Virus record (IMG/VR): IMGVR_UViG_3300028584_001240
Length of the DNA: 64,000 nucleotides
Direction: 5' to 3' (one strand)
Source of the DNA: a virus
Taxonomy: Duplodnaviria > Heunggongvirae > Uroviricota > Caudoviricetes
This document shows, piece after piece, positions 8,628 through 19,632 of the stretch (its first letter is position 1; every line of letters begins with the position of its first letter). A program made the translations under genes and the position numbers. Below the pieces are notes generated by a model. It was not told the origin of the DNA. It worked only from the letters and a program-made list of their open reading frames with translations, and searched no databases.

Positions 8628-9524
8628 TTAACGAATGCTTTCATTCGGGTGAGACATTGAAAAGAGTTTATCAATAGCCTTACCAATGGATGTTTCAAGA
8701 ACAGCGTCTAGACCGAACAAGCCAGCCAAACCACCACTTTTAGCCTTAACATCAGTATTCACCTGATACAGTTGGGCACCGTCTTTAAAAGCCTTCAAAA
8801 TAGCCGAGCGACTATCACCAATTTCATCAACAAGATGTTCCTTCAACACATCTTGTGCCATGTAAAAGTCACCTTCCATCAGCTTTTCAGGATTAATCAT
8901 AGGGCGATATTGCAATACATGGTTTTTGAACGCAGTGTGAATTTCAACCAGTTTTTGTTTGAAAATAGTTTCTTCGGCTTCACTTGGAAGTTTAGTAGGA
9001 ACCACAGAACGCTTATTGGTGCCTGCTGTGTAAACTCGAACATCAACACCGATTTTAGTCAGCACTTCTTCAAAGATAGGCACTTGCGAAACAACACCGA
9101 TAGAGCCAACAAAAGCAAACGGTTGAGCCACAATGCGATCACAGACCGAAGCCATCATATAACCACCACTGGCCGCGACTTCATCAACAAAACCAGTAAC
9201 CTTCAGACCGTGAGCACGAAGACGGTTGATTTGCTGAGCAGCATTCGCATAGGCGGTTACACTGCCACCGGGGCTTTTAATAATCATGTAGACAGCATCA
9301 CCACTTTTGGAGTTAAGGATAGTCATGTCCACATCACGTTCCAGTTTTTCAAACGCATTGCCTTTATCTTCGGCGTTAAAACGAAGAACAAAGATCTTAT
9401 TCAAATAAACGACATCTTTCGTTTTTGCTTTCAATTCACGTCGAACTTCACGACTCTCAATCTTTTTAATGAGTTCACGGTTCATATCTTTGATTTCTGT
9501 TTTAAAACGAATTTCTTTAGACAT
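8628..9524 (-). CDS. S49-family serine peptidase (SohB/SppA-like, ClpP/crotonase fold)
   Basis: IKSPGGSVTAY..VDEVAASGGYMMASVCDRIVAQPFAFVGSIGVV is the typical S49 core. AGGAG SD. Confidence 0.8.
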   Translation of the reverse strand: MSKEIRFKTEIKDMNRELIKKIESREVRRELKAKTKDVVYLNKIFVLRFNAEDKGNAFEKLERDVDMTILNSKSGDAVYMIIKSPGGSVTAYANAAQQINRLRAHGLKVTGFVDEVAASGGYMMASVCDRIVAQPFAFVGSIGVVSQVPIFEEVLTKIGVDVRVYTAGTNKRSVVPTKLPSEAEETIFKQKLVEIHTAFKNHVLQYRPMINPEKLMEGDFYMAQDVLKEHLVDEIGDSRSAILKAFKDGAQLYQVNTDVKAKSGGLAGLFGLDAVLETSIGKAIDKLFSMSHPNESIR

Positions 9525-9601
9525 TTATTGCTCCTAGGCGTTATTAATGTGGGAATTATAATACATTTTTGAAACGTTGTAAAGGAATGATTTGTATCGA
9601 A

Positions 9602-9808
9602 TTATTTATGATAACGGGAAATTCTCGCAATCTCACCATCCATCCATTGAACAGCACTCAATTCTGGAAGAAGTTTATTCTCTGGTTCAAAGATAAAACG
9701 ACGAACACCACGAAGCAAACCATAACCATAGCTCAATTCAGAAACGATTTTGTAAAGGTTGCCACTGATTGAATACATCTTGCCGCAAATGAGAGGTTTA
9801 TGTTTCAT
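9602..9808 (-). CDS. Hypothetical small protein
   Basis: 68-aa ORF with AAGGA upstream. No recognisable motif. Confidence 0.5.
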   Translation of the reverse strand: MKHKPLICGKMYSISGNLYKIVSELSYGYGLLRGVRRFIFEPENKLLPELSAVQWMDGEIARISRYHK

Positions 9809-9897
9809 GGAGTTAATTCCTTGCTGGTCATTTAAGTAGGTCGCTATTGTATCAAAAATTTAATCACTAAGCAACTGAAATAGTATTAAAATAATCC

Positions 9898-9926
9898 TTT
9901 ACGGAAGTGTCATATTTTGTTATAAT
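9898..9926 (+). promoter_or_regulatory. Putative sigma70-type promoter
   Basis: TTTACG, 17 nt, then TATAAT. The spacer GTCATATTTTGT-TATAAT is nearly identical to the one at 24536-24555. Confidence 0.5.
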
Positions 9927-9963
9927 TTCCTTTAAATTTATTGATAATTATTGACAAGGTGGA

Positions 9964-10569
9964 ATGAAAAAAATGTTAAACAAAGAAGCACTACTCCATA
10001 AAATAAAAGAAAAAAGTACAAAGTTTCTAGAAATAAAAAATCCGGGTGAATTAAATTGTACACCAGAAGGAAACGTTATTGATTTTAATAATATATCATA
10101 CATTAGATTACATAAAGGTCTTTTTATCATCAATAAACACACCGCCAAAAGCTTTTTTAACATTGCTTTTGAAGGTGAAGAAGACGAATATTTAGAAAAA
10201 ATTATCGAAATTTTTAATATATACGCTCATTTTGATTACTTTTTGTATACACCTAAAGACGATGGTTTTAATGTTTACAGCAAAGGTTTTGAAGCGAACT
10301 ATATAGAAAGGAAAATTAAAAAAGAACCTGAAATTGAACAAAAAGAAGGCGTATTTTATTCCAACCTTTGTAAAGAAATATCGCTTGGGCCAATGATGGA
10401 ATGTACATTAGGTATGAAAAATACAGCTTATAGTTATAAAGAGTTATATGAAAACGTCATCTATCCACAATTTCAAGAAATGCTGAAAGAAAGCATTGGA
10501 TTAGAAATTACGCACATGAGCCAGTTTGATGACCGGGCTTTTGAACTATTAAAGATGGCAAGAATTTAA
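9964..10569 (+). CDS. Tail-motif paralogue family member
   Basis: 201 aa. Ends ..DRAFELLKMARI. AAGGTGG SD. Confidence 0.75.
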   Translation: MKKMLNKEALLHKIKEKSTKFLEIKNPGELNCTPEGNVIDFNNISYIRLHKGLFIINKHTAKSFFNIAFEGEEDEYLEKIIEIFNIYAHFDYFLYTPKDDGFNVYSKGFEANYIERKIKKEPEIEQKEGVFYSNLCKEISLGPMMECTLGMKNTAYSYKELYENVIYPQFQEMLKESIGLEITHMSQFDDRAFELLKMARI

Positions 10570-10594
10570 CCACATTGCTGAACAGGAGGTAACC

Positions 10595-10930
10595 ATGTTA
10601 AATGCATTAAGGTATGTGTGGTCATTGTATGATTACTATACAAAGTTTAAACAATCCAGCGATTTCTTCATGCATGATGAATTATTGACGATTACACGTC
10701 TGCGAAATATGAACGGATTGATTGTTGACAGTCGCGGTGAACTTGGATGTTCCTCAATATCCATCAGTTCAAAATATGTAACATTGGACACACCACAAGC
10801 AACACTAGATTTATTTTTCAATAAGTCATGGCTCGAAGTGAAAGCTAAATATCCACGTAGACATTGGTATTATCAAATGGAAAAAAGAATGATTAATTAC
10901 CAACGTTCAAAAAATAAAAATGTAAAATAA
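10595..10930 (+). CDS. Hypothetical protein
   Basis: 111 aa with a strong SD (cAGGAGGtaaccATG). No recognisable motif. Confidence 0.7.
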   Translation: MLNALRYVWSLYDYYTKFKQSSDFFMHDELLTITRLRNMNGLIVDSRGELGCSSISISSKYVTLDTPQATLDLFFNKSWLEVKAKYPRRHWYYQMEKRMINYQRSKNKNVK

Positions 10931-10932
10931 AT

Positions 10933-10970
10933 AAAAAAGGCACCTAAGATAATTAGAATGCCTTTTTTTT
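10933..10970. terminator. Probable bidirectional terminator between convergent units
   Basis: aaaaaaGGCAcCTAAgataaTTAGaaTGCCtttttttt. An interrupted hairpin flanked by A- and T-runs. Confidence 0.5.
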
Positions 10971-10981
10971 GTAAACAATTT

Positions 10982-11779
10982 TTAAATAGCAGTCATCAAT
11001 AACAAATCTATTTTATCGGCAATATTTTCTTGTGGTATATCTAAAAATTCTTGATAAAATCCATTATGAAGATTACTCACATACATCATCAATATTTCAT
11101 CTGTAAAAACATCAATATCATGATCAGTAAAAAGGGTGCTGGCTTCTATAATATCTTCCAAGGTCACTAAGCCAGCTAAACTTTCTGGAAGTTTATATAC
11201 CTTTTTATCTGATAGGCTAAAATATAATGAAAAGGGTTGAGTATGATTAAAAAAACGGACTGTTGGAAATAAAGCTATCTTTCCATCGCGGGTTATTGAA
11301 AAGTTTCTAATGAATTCATATTGTCCAACATTTCTATAAGACCGACTAACACATGATGTTATACCATATTTATGGCTATCTTTTTCCAACATGTATGTTT
11401 TTGCAAAAGTATAAAATTCATGAGGCTTTATATCACTACTCAATTTCAATAATCTTGAGAAATTGGTGTTTTTTTGAAAAGAATTAAGAGCTTCATTGAT
11501 AAAATTAAAATCTTTTCTTGATGTTTTATGAATTTGAAACATTTGATTGAACTTGTCTAGATAAGAAAGATCTTTGAGACAAATTGAATGGAAAAGAGGT
11601 TGTCCCGGTGAAATACCGAAACTGAAAAATGGTTTATTTATATTAATGGGGTTCTTATGTTTTTTAAACAAAATATGAACTTGAGTGTCCATCATAGGAT
11701 ATTGTTCATATTCAAAAAATGTTGTTTTTGTTGTTTTGGTATTAAATGCCCCAGAAACAGCATTCCGAAAATTTTCCAT
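10982..11779 (-). CDS. Tail-motif paralogue family member
   Basis: Ends ..ADKIDLLLMTAI. Start moved from TTG 11791 to ATG 11779 (GGAG 7 nt upstream). Confidence 0.8.
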   Translation of the reverse strand: MENFRNAVSGAFNTKTTKTTFFEYEQYPMMDTQVHILFKKHKNPININKPFFSFGISPGQPLFHSICLKDLSYLDKFNQMFQIHKTSRKDFNFINEALNSFQKNTNFSRLLKLSSDIKPHEFYTFAKTYMLEKDSHKYGITSCVSRSYRNVGQYEFIRNFSITRDGKIALFPTVRFFNHTQPFSLYFSLSDKKVYKLPESLAGLVTLEDIIEASTLFTDHDIDVFTDEILMMYVSNLHNGFYQEFLDIPQENIADKIDLLLMTAI

Positions 11780-11812
11780 AATAAGCTCCAAAAATAATGA
11801 ATCATAATAACA

Positions 11813-12604
11813 TTATATACTATTCATTTCAACCAAGTTCATCATTTCAGCGTAATTAGAACAACTGTCAAAAATACTCTCAACCAGTTTCCTGTCGTTA
11901 AGGAGACTGTCAATATAGTAAAAGAAAATATCGTATGTCCAATTACTATCAATTGAAGTCTTTAAATCATTAATCTCAACACCATTATCGAACAATTGTT
12001 CAAAGGTCAATAAACACCTATCAGCATTGTTTCCACTAAACGTTGAAATATTCGCTGCTTTATTCAGTTCAGGCGATAGCAAAATTGAATAGGTCTTTTG
12101 TTTTAAAGAGATATCCAACACTAAGATTGGGCGAAATTTTCCAGAATTATCTAATACCATTCGCTTGTCATAAGAATAATAGAAGTTATGTCTTTTCGGT
12201 GAGTGATAAAGGTCTATATCTGATAATGTGCATGAATTATAAAACATATGCTCAACTCGCTGGTTAACAGTGACGACTCGATGAATGGATTTTAAATCAA
12301 AATCACCCTTGGTTTTAATCATATGAACAAGGGCATCATTCAAACAAAAAGATGAAAATGCTTTTTTGAGTAGCTTGTTTTCTTCTCGGGTATACATAAT
12401 ATCTGGAATACATGATAAATAGACATCTTCATTATAAAAAACTGAACGCGAAAGAACCTTCCCATGAAAATTTAACAAGGCGACTGGCTCATTGTTCTGA
12501 TGTGTTAATGAAAGTGTTGAACTGTTTAAAAATGTGGCCGAAACAAAATGACCATCAAAGGTTTTAGAAACAGCGTCAAGAAGCGTCTGGTTAATGTTTG
12601 ACAT
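11813..12604 (-). CDS. Tail-motif paralogue family member
   Basis: 263 aa. Ends ..AEMMNLVEMNSI. Starts 2 nt after the upstream stop. Confidence 0.8.
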   Translation of the reverse strand: MSNINQTLLDAVSKTFDGHFVSATFLNSSTLSLTHQNNEPVALLNFHGKVLSRSVFYNEDVYLSCIPDIMYTREENKLLKKAFSSFCLNDALVHMIKTKGDFDLKSIHRVVTVNQRVEHMFYNSCTLSDIDLYHSPKRHNFYYSYDKRMVLDNSGKFRPILVLDISLKQKTYSILLSPELNKAANISTFSGNNADRCLLTFEQLFDNGVEINDLKTSIDSNWTYDIFFYYIDSLLNDRKLVESIFDSCSNYAEMMNLVEMNSI

Positions 12605-12606
12605 TG

Positions 12607-13521
12607 TTAATACGTCAACATCTCAGTTACTTTCAATCGACCAATCAACTCGGATCTTGGTAAGGTCATCATTAATTTTTTCTCCTTCAATTTTAAGTTT
12701 TCAGCTCTACCAATAATATTGACCACACACTTTATGAATTTAGCATTAAATTTCTCAAATAGCTCATCAATAGAAGCTTCCATATTATCAGAAAACATAG
12801 GAACTGCATACTTAAATTTTAAAGTTGATAAGACAGGTAGGTTAAACAAAAACCCCGGCACGAATGCTCCTTTATCATCTCTCATCAATACAATTTCTAC
12901 TTTGGCCGGAGAAAATGAAAAGCTCGTTTGTTTTCTTGAGTTCTCAGTCTTTGAAAGATAACCATAATAAGATTTGCACAAACGTTGCTCTTTTGTATCT
13001 TTGTAAGTTTTAGTCTTCACAAAAAAATCTTTCAACTGTTGTGGAATAGCACTTTTTTCAAACTTTTCAAAGAATTCAAATTCATTAGTTTCTTTAATAT
13101 AACGATCAATAACCGTTTCCATAATGTAGGATGGAAAATCACGACTAGCCATCAACTGTTCAAATAAGGTGAGAACAACTTTACTTTTATCAATCTTATC
13201 ATTAAAAATTGAATAAACAGCTTGACCATCATACACATTGTTATAAACTCGTAAGTATTTATTATCAAAGGGCTTTGGCCCAGTCTCAAGGATAATTCTG
13301 AATCCATAAGTTTGATAGGGGTCATTAATTTCAATAGGATAAGTTTTAGGCCCATACTTATCAACCAGTATAGCTCTAATTTGTTTTATAAGTGGATCAT
13401 ATTCTTTCATAGCGGCCTCTTGTTTTTCTTTATTATCTTTTGTTGCTTGATTAAAAGTAGTCACTTTGACAGCACCACTGTTGATACTGCTAAGTAAGGC
13501 TGTTAGATCAATATTTTTCAT
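12607..13521 (-). CDS. Tail-motif paralogue family member
   Basis: 304 aa. Ends ..LIGRLKVTEMLTY. Confidence 0.8.
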   Translation of the reverse strand: MKNIDLTALLSSINSGAVKVTTFNQATKDNKEKQEAAMKEYDPLIKQIRAILVDKYGPKTYPIEINDPYQTYGFRIILETGPKPFDNKYLRVYNNVYDGQAVYSIFNDKIDKSKVVLTLFEQLMASRDFPSYIMETVIDRYIKETNEFEFFEKFEKSAIPQQLKDFFVKTKTYKDTKEQRLCKSYYGYLSKTENSRKQTSFSFSPAKVEIVLMRDDKGAFVPGFLFNLPVLSTLKFKYAVPMFSDNMEASIDELFEKFNAKFIKCVVNIIGRAENLKLKEKKLMMTLPRSELIGRLKVTEMLTY

Positions 13522-13536
13522 TATTAATATCCTATC

Positions 13537-14316
13537 TCAAATATGATGCATTGCAATGATGGAAAGGTGATCTTCAAAAGATTCCTTGTTAAGAGCTTTA
13601 AAGCCTGCTTCATCAATATCAAATAATTTTTTGAAAAGAGTTTGAACAATAGGATCGATTTCATTTTTGACTTTTGTCAAAAAGCCAGCAAGATTGTTCT
13701 GCATGGTGTGAGCACTAGACAAATGAATATCATGATCAATAGAACCAAACTTAATTTTAATATAAGGATACGAAGTAAATTGACCATCACGATATTGAAA
13801 CATCAGTTTAGTGGTCATCATGATCATTGAATTTTGAACTTTGTATAACTTAGCATTCAAAAAATGGTTTGAATAGCTTCTCATCGCATAAAAATAAGAA
13901 TGTGAGCTGTACGATCTAATGAAACCAAACTGTGATTTAAAGAGGTTCTTATCATGAAAATCTGAAGACTTTAATAAACTGTATTTGGTCGTAAAGTCTA
14001 AAAACCCCTTATTAAAATCTTTGATGAATGAATCAGCATCTTTATGCATAAGCATTTGAGATAGCTCATCAAGAAATGTTTCATTGATATCCGTTGAGAT
14101 GTGAATCGTCTTTTTATCTTGTCGATTAACATAGACATAAATAAATTTGTGCTCATTATTGACGCACACAGTAAATTTAATGACATCAGACTGACCCATA
14201 TCAACTTTATGTTTAATATTGGTTCCAATCACATCAAGATTAAATCTTTCTTTCAATAGATGACTAAAATCCTTCTTAATGACCAAAAGGTGATTGACTT
14301 CTTTTTTACTTGTCAT
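13537..14316 (-). CDS. Tail-motif paralogue family member
   Basis: 259 aa. Ends ..FEDHLSIIAMHHI. ATGA overlap with the upstream gene. Confidence 0.8.
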   Translation of the reverse strand: MTSKKEVNHLLVIKKDFSHLLKERFNLDVIGTNIKHKVDMGQSDVIKFTVCVNNEHKFIYVYVNRQDKKTIHISTDINETFLDELSQMLMHKDADSFIKDFNKGFLDFTTKYSLLKSSDFHDKNLFKSQFGFIRSYSSHSYFYAMRSYSNHFLNAKLYKVQNSMIMMTTKLMFQYRDGQFTSYPYIKIKFGSIDHDIHLSSAHTMQNNLAGFLTKVKNEIDPIVQTLFKKLFDIDEAGFKALNKESFEDHLSIIAMHHI

Positions 14317-15125
14317 ACTTTTAACATCTCCAATACTTTAAAGTCATTAATCGAACCGTTAGCTTCACTGCTAATGCCAGCAACATTAAATTGATTGACA
14401 TAGAAAGTGTATAATTCAGGTGTTAGTTTATTCATGAAATCATTAATATAATCATTAAGTCCAACTAAGGTTGGGTTTTTATTAATAGCTACATTTCTAA
14501 CAATATCAACTGATGAAATAATGCTTATTGTTGTTGTGCTCAAATCCGGGTGCTCAGTATTTAATCTATAATGGTTAGTATCTAACAAATTAACAAACTG
14601 ACCAGAGTGTTCATCAATAAAGAATCGAGTTTTTCCAAATCCACGTAAATTGATACACAGATCAATAATGGGTTTAATTTTAAAATCTTCGGTCACCACA
14701 TAACCTAATTCGGTAAACAACATATTCCATGCATTCGTGTAATAGAACATAGGAGAGAGCGTTATTCTTTTTCCTACTATTTTCGACCTATTGAAAGTAT
14801 CAGCCTCAAAGAAAATAGGGTCTTTAAAAATAATTTTTGAAATCTCATGGTTAAACAAACTATCTGAAATCATTTGACACGTCTTAAAACTATCAAATTG
14901 TGTAAAAATAGAGTTGGCTGTCTCACGGAAATCAGGATCGGTTAATTTGTAGTAAGAAAATTTATGAGTTTCACTGTCATATCCAAAGTTAAGCACTTTA
15001 CTCATTGTCACATTGTTAAAAAGATAAAATGTCTGTTTGTCTTCATGAAAATCAAGAGAATAATCATCACCCAGTATTAAGCTGAATGCTTGTTTAATGC
15101 TATCAATGGTAGTGAATTCATTCAT
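14313..15125 (-). CDS. Tail-motif paralogue family member
   Basis: 270 aa. Ends ..INDFKVLEMLKV. 1-nt overlap with the upstream gene. Confidence 0.8.
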   Translation of the reverse strand: MNEFTTIDSIKQAFSLILGDDYSLDFHEDKQTFYLFNNVTMSKVLNFGYDSETHKFSYYKLTDPDFRETANSIFTQFDSFKTCQMISDSLFNHEISKIIFKDPIFFEADTFNRSKIVGKRITLSPMFYYTNAWNMLFTELGYVVTEDFKIKPIIDLCINLRGFGKTRFFIDEHSGQFVNLLDTNHYRLNTEHPDLSTTTISIISSVDIVRNVAINKNPTLVGLNDYINDFMNKLTPELYTFYVNQFNVAGISSEANGSINDFKVLEMLKV

Positions 15126-15886
15126 TAGATATTTTCCATAGTCATTAGTGTTAGATAACTTTTAATATCATCCTCAGAAAAACAGGTTATATCATCAAGA
15201 CAAAATTTTTCTGAAATAGTTGATGAAGCGTTTTTTAAAACAACAGCGTAAATGTTGCTGCACATTTTATTAACTCTATTCAAAAAGTCTTCGTCATCCT
15301 TTAAATCAAGAGAAATGGAATGAGCCGTAATAACAAATTGGATCATCTTACTAGATTTTAAAACGGAACCATCCAAATAGTAATAAGGTTTACTTTTAAG
15401 ACGTGCGTTCATGAAAGAAAATTCATTAAAATGGCTTTCAAATGAAATTTTACCTTGCAACATTTCTTTATGAATACAATATTTACTTTTTCTTTTTTTA
15501 TCATGGTAAATTTCACCCATAGGCTGAGCATTAAATTTAATATGCACTGAACCTACCTGAAATTCACTAAGAATGGCGTTGATAGAGTCTTTAATAAGAT
15601 GTAGTTGTTCATTTTCTTGTTTAGACATGAAAAACCAATAGAAGTCTCGAATCAGTCCGGGGTTGGCACTGGATTTAATAATAATTTCTTGAGTGTTGTG
15701 TAAATAATCTGCAGAAATAGAGTGCAATTTATTTTTTTCTGTTTTGTAGTAACAGGTAATAATAGATCCTGCTTGATCCGCATTGTCTTCAATAGAAAAA
15801 GAATCTAATTCACGAACTAAAACATCAACAATAAATTTTACAATATTGTTTTTAATAAACGTAGAATTGTCTAATAAAGTTGACAT
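15125..15886 (-). CDS. Tail-motif paralogue family member
   Basis: 253 aa. Ends ..IKSYLTLMTMENI. Confidence 0.8.
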   Translation of the reverse strand: MSTLLDNSTFIKNNIVKFIVDVLVRELDSFSIEDNADQAGSIITCYYKTEKNKLHSISADYLHNTQEIIIKSSANPGLIRDFYWFFMSKQENEQLHLIKDSINAILSEFQVGSVHIKFNAQPMGEIYHDKKRKSKYCIHKEMLQGKISFESHFNEFSFMNARLKSKPYYYLDGSVLKSSKMIQFVITAHSISLDLKDDEDFLNRVNKMCSNIYAVVLKNASSTISEKFCLDDITCFSEDDIKSYLTLMTMENI

Positions 15887-15937
15887 GAATTAAATCTCCA
15901 AAATATGGCACAATTATACCATATTTTTAGGGTTAAA

Positions 15938-16771
15938 TCAATAAGCAGCCATTTCTGTTACAATGACATAATCAACAAGTTGTTGCATAGAGTATTCGGT
16001 AACTTCACCTAACGATTCATGGTCTTTAAGTCTAAGATTACGTTTAATGATATCATACAATTGGGAGCGAATACAGCGTTCATATTTATAAACTAACAAT
16101 TGAACGTCATCTTCACTAATACCTTTATTAGCATCCACCATAATAGTCAACTTAATATCAGCTAACAATGGGATGTTTAAAACATAAACAGGCAACAATT
16201 CACCTGTATAAGTAGACATATTTAAACTCATGGTACACACTGAATAGGCTGCTTTACTTTTTCTATTGCTAAATCGACGGCGTTGTTCAGCTTTACGACT
16301 ACGAGCTGAATAATAGAACATTGCCAAATGTTTTTTACTCGTTGATTTTCTTCGATGATTATCATCAGAAGTTAATGAATCAATGGATAAATCTTTTGGG
16401 TGATATTCCACAGAGTCAAACTGATTCCATTTTAACCCTGCTTCAAAAAACTTCTGAATAATAGCTTGAAGGTAGTTTTCATCCACAACAGGATCTTTAA
16501 AAAGTGTTGAATAAAGGTTCTTGTAGTCATCAATAGAACCATCCATGCCTACTTTTAAAAAGTTACCATTTTCACACGGTAACACGTAGGCATTAAGGAT
16601 GTTATAAGCACTCGATTTGTAACCTGTCTTTCTATTTTTAAAAATTGAAAAACCATCGTGTCCATAATCAACAGTGTATTGTTCAAAAGGGCGGTCCAAA
16701 CCATCTGACAGCACTGTTTTAGCATGATCTAACAGTGGCTGACAGATTTCTTTTGAATTGAGTTTAGACAC
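15938..16771 (-). CDS. Tail-motif paralogue family member
   Basis: 277 aa. Ends ..LVDYVIVTEMAAY. Its ATG directly abuts the serS stop codon (16772). Confidence 0.8.
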   Translation of the reverse strand: MSKLNSKEICQPLLDHAKTVLSDGLDRPFEQYTVDYGHDGFSIFKNRKTGYKSSAYNILNAYVLPCENGNFLKVGMDGSIDDYKNLYSTLFKDPVVDENYLQAIIQKFFEAGLKWNQFDSVEYHPKDLSIDSLTSDDNHRRKSTSKKHLAMFYYSARSRKAEQRRRFSNRKSKAAYSVCTMSLNMSTYTGELLPVYVLNIPLLADIKLTIMVDANKGISEDDVQLLVYKYERCIRSQLYDIIKRNLRLKDHESLGEVTEYSMQQLVDYVIVTEMAAY

Positions 16772-18052
<1,281 letters not shown>

Positions 18053-18090
18053 TCAAATATTCGATATTCTAACACAGTAATACTATTTAT

Positions 18091-18855
18091 TCAATAGCGT
18101 TCGATAGCCAAAACTGGATAGTAACTCATAATCTCTTCGTTACTTAATGCATTTACTTGAGTATGCGTTAAATTATATAGACGAATAATTGTACCTAAAA
18201 TTTGTGTCTGATGGAGGTCATTAAATTGAGTGGCAAAAGTATGCATCTGCATTTTAACTAAACTATCCTGTTCACTTTTCTTCTGAAACCAAAAATCCAT
18301 ACCAAATGACATGAAGTGAAATTCATCATTAAGATAAAATTGATTATTCTCAAATATAAATTTAGCTATTTTATAAACCTTAAAAGTCTCAAAAGGTGTT
18401 GTAACTTCGGCATGAATAGTTTTATCCATCATGAGCGTTTTCCATGAACCAAATTTCAATATTCTTTTTGCAAAAGGTAAAACATTTATGTTTGAGATGA
18501 TTTTTAGTTGCTCGCTGTATTCACTTGCAGCCTTCATAAATAATGAAAAAGAATCTGTGCTTTGTTCACTGCAGTGTTTAATAAATTTATTATAAAGTGG
18601 CAAATATTTTTTGTTATCAATATCTAAGGTAATGTTATTTACTACATAATCACCTTTTTTAACATTATTATTGATAGTAAATCGAAAAATAGGCTTAGCT
18701 TTACTCGTATTGACATCTAAGCAACAAATTGTCCTACCACCAGTATACTGACCCAACCCAGTGCGGGTATGGAAAATAACAGAGCCTTTCATATTTTTTT
18801 CAAAGAAAGGTCTTAACTCTGAGATCATTGCTTGACATAATTCATTATCGTTCAT
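18091..18855 (-). CDS. Tail-motif paralogue family member (sub-cluster A, 1 of 3)
   Basis: 254 aa. Ends ..IMSYYPVLAIERY (Ile replaces the Met). Shares KFIFENNQFYLNDEF with the next two genes. Confidence 0.8.
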   Translation of the reverse strand: MNDNELCQAMISELRPFFEKNMKGSVIFHTRTGLGQYTGGRTICCLDVNTSKAKPIFRFTINNNVKKGDYVVNNITLDIDNKKYLPLYNKFIKHCSEQSTDSFSLFMKAASEYSEQLKIISNINVLPFAKRILKFGSWKTLMMDKTIHAEVTTPFETFKVYKIAKFIFENNQFYLNDEFHFMSFGMDFWFQKKSEQDSLVKMQMHTFATQFNDLHQTQILGTIIRLYNLTHTQVNALSNEEIMSYYPVLAIERY

Positions 18856-18873
18856 TTTTTGTGTTTCCTATCA

Positions 18874-19632
18874 TTAATAACGTTCCATTGACAATACTGG
18901 GTAATAAGACTGGAACTGTTTATCAGTCCAAAGACCAAACTCAGTAAAAGGCACATCATACAGTTCATTAATTTTTGAAGTAATAATTTCATAGTGATCT
19001 TCATAAAATTTATGAGCAAATTCTTTAACTTCAACCTTCATGACATCTACGTCTTCTGTTTTTTGAGCAAACGTATAGTGTTGACCTAGTGAAGTAAAAC
19101 TAAACTTATCATGTAAATAAAATTTATTATTTTCAAAAATAAATTTAGGTGTCTTATGAATGTTGATAACTTCAAAAGGAGTTGTCATAATGGCATGGAC
19201 AGCAAGATCCACTCTAATATAGTCACCATCTGCAATCAACTTTCTTTCCTCAAATGGCAATACATCAATAGCAGTTATTAATTTTAAATGATCAGTCTGT
19301 TTAAGTGTTTCATTCATAAACAAATTAAATGAATTAGAACTGTATTGGCTACACACAGCTATGAATTTATTCAATATGTTTAAATGTTTTTCATCGTGGA
19401 CTTTTATTTCGATAGATTTAAACTTTTGATCATAGATCCTTCTGTCTTTCATAATAATAAAAGATAATAAAAGTTGTCCGGTAGAGGACTGCATATGTAA
19501 AATATCCAAAGAAATACCATTAGGCTTAGTATTATTTAATGAAGCCTTAAACATAACAGGATAATTAAGATGTCGAGCCGCAAACAAGCTTAAAACTGAT
19601 TTCATACTCTCAACCAGTTGTTCTGTTGTCAT
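18874..19632 (-). CDS. Tail-motif paralogue family member (sub-cluster A, 2 of 3)
   Basis: 252 aa. Ends ..FQSYYPVLSMERY. Contains PKFIFENNKFYLHDKF. Confidence 0.8.
   Translation of the reverse strand: MTTEQLVESMKSVLSLFAARHLNYPVMFKASLNNTKPNGISLDILHMQSSTGQLLLSFIIMKDRRIYDQKFKSIEIKVHDEKHLNILNKFIAVCSQYSSNSFNLFMNETLKQTDHLKLITAIDVLPFEERKLIADGDYIRVDLAVHAIMTTPFEVINIHKTPKFIFENNKFYLHDKFSFTSLGQHYTFAQKTEDVDVMKVEVKEFAHKFYEDHYEIITSKINELYDVPFTEFGLWTDKQFQSYYPVLSMERY

Noticed and set aside
8772-9572. 266-aa plus-strand ORF in the six-frame track.
   Set aside because: It lies entirely antisense to the well-supported S49 peptidase gene. The translation is low-complexity (F/N/K/T-rich) with no SD. This is a typical shadow ORF in AT-rich DNA.
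18852-19034. Short overlapping same-strand or antisense track ORFs inside family genes. Examples are 18852..19034, 13152..13364, 13998..14228, 16906..17181, 31024..31251, 31901..32158, 32737..32979, 49024..49245, 51075..51278, 52832..53032, 58049..58294 and 61041..61259.
   Set aside because: All are alternative frames of longer, better-supported ORFs. They have no SD and give Leu/Ile/Lys/Met-rich translations typical of off-frame AT-rich sequence.
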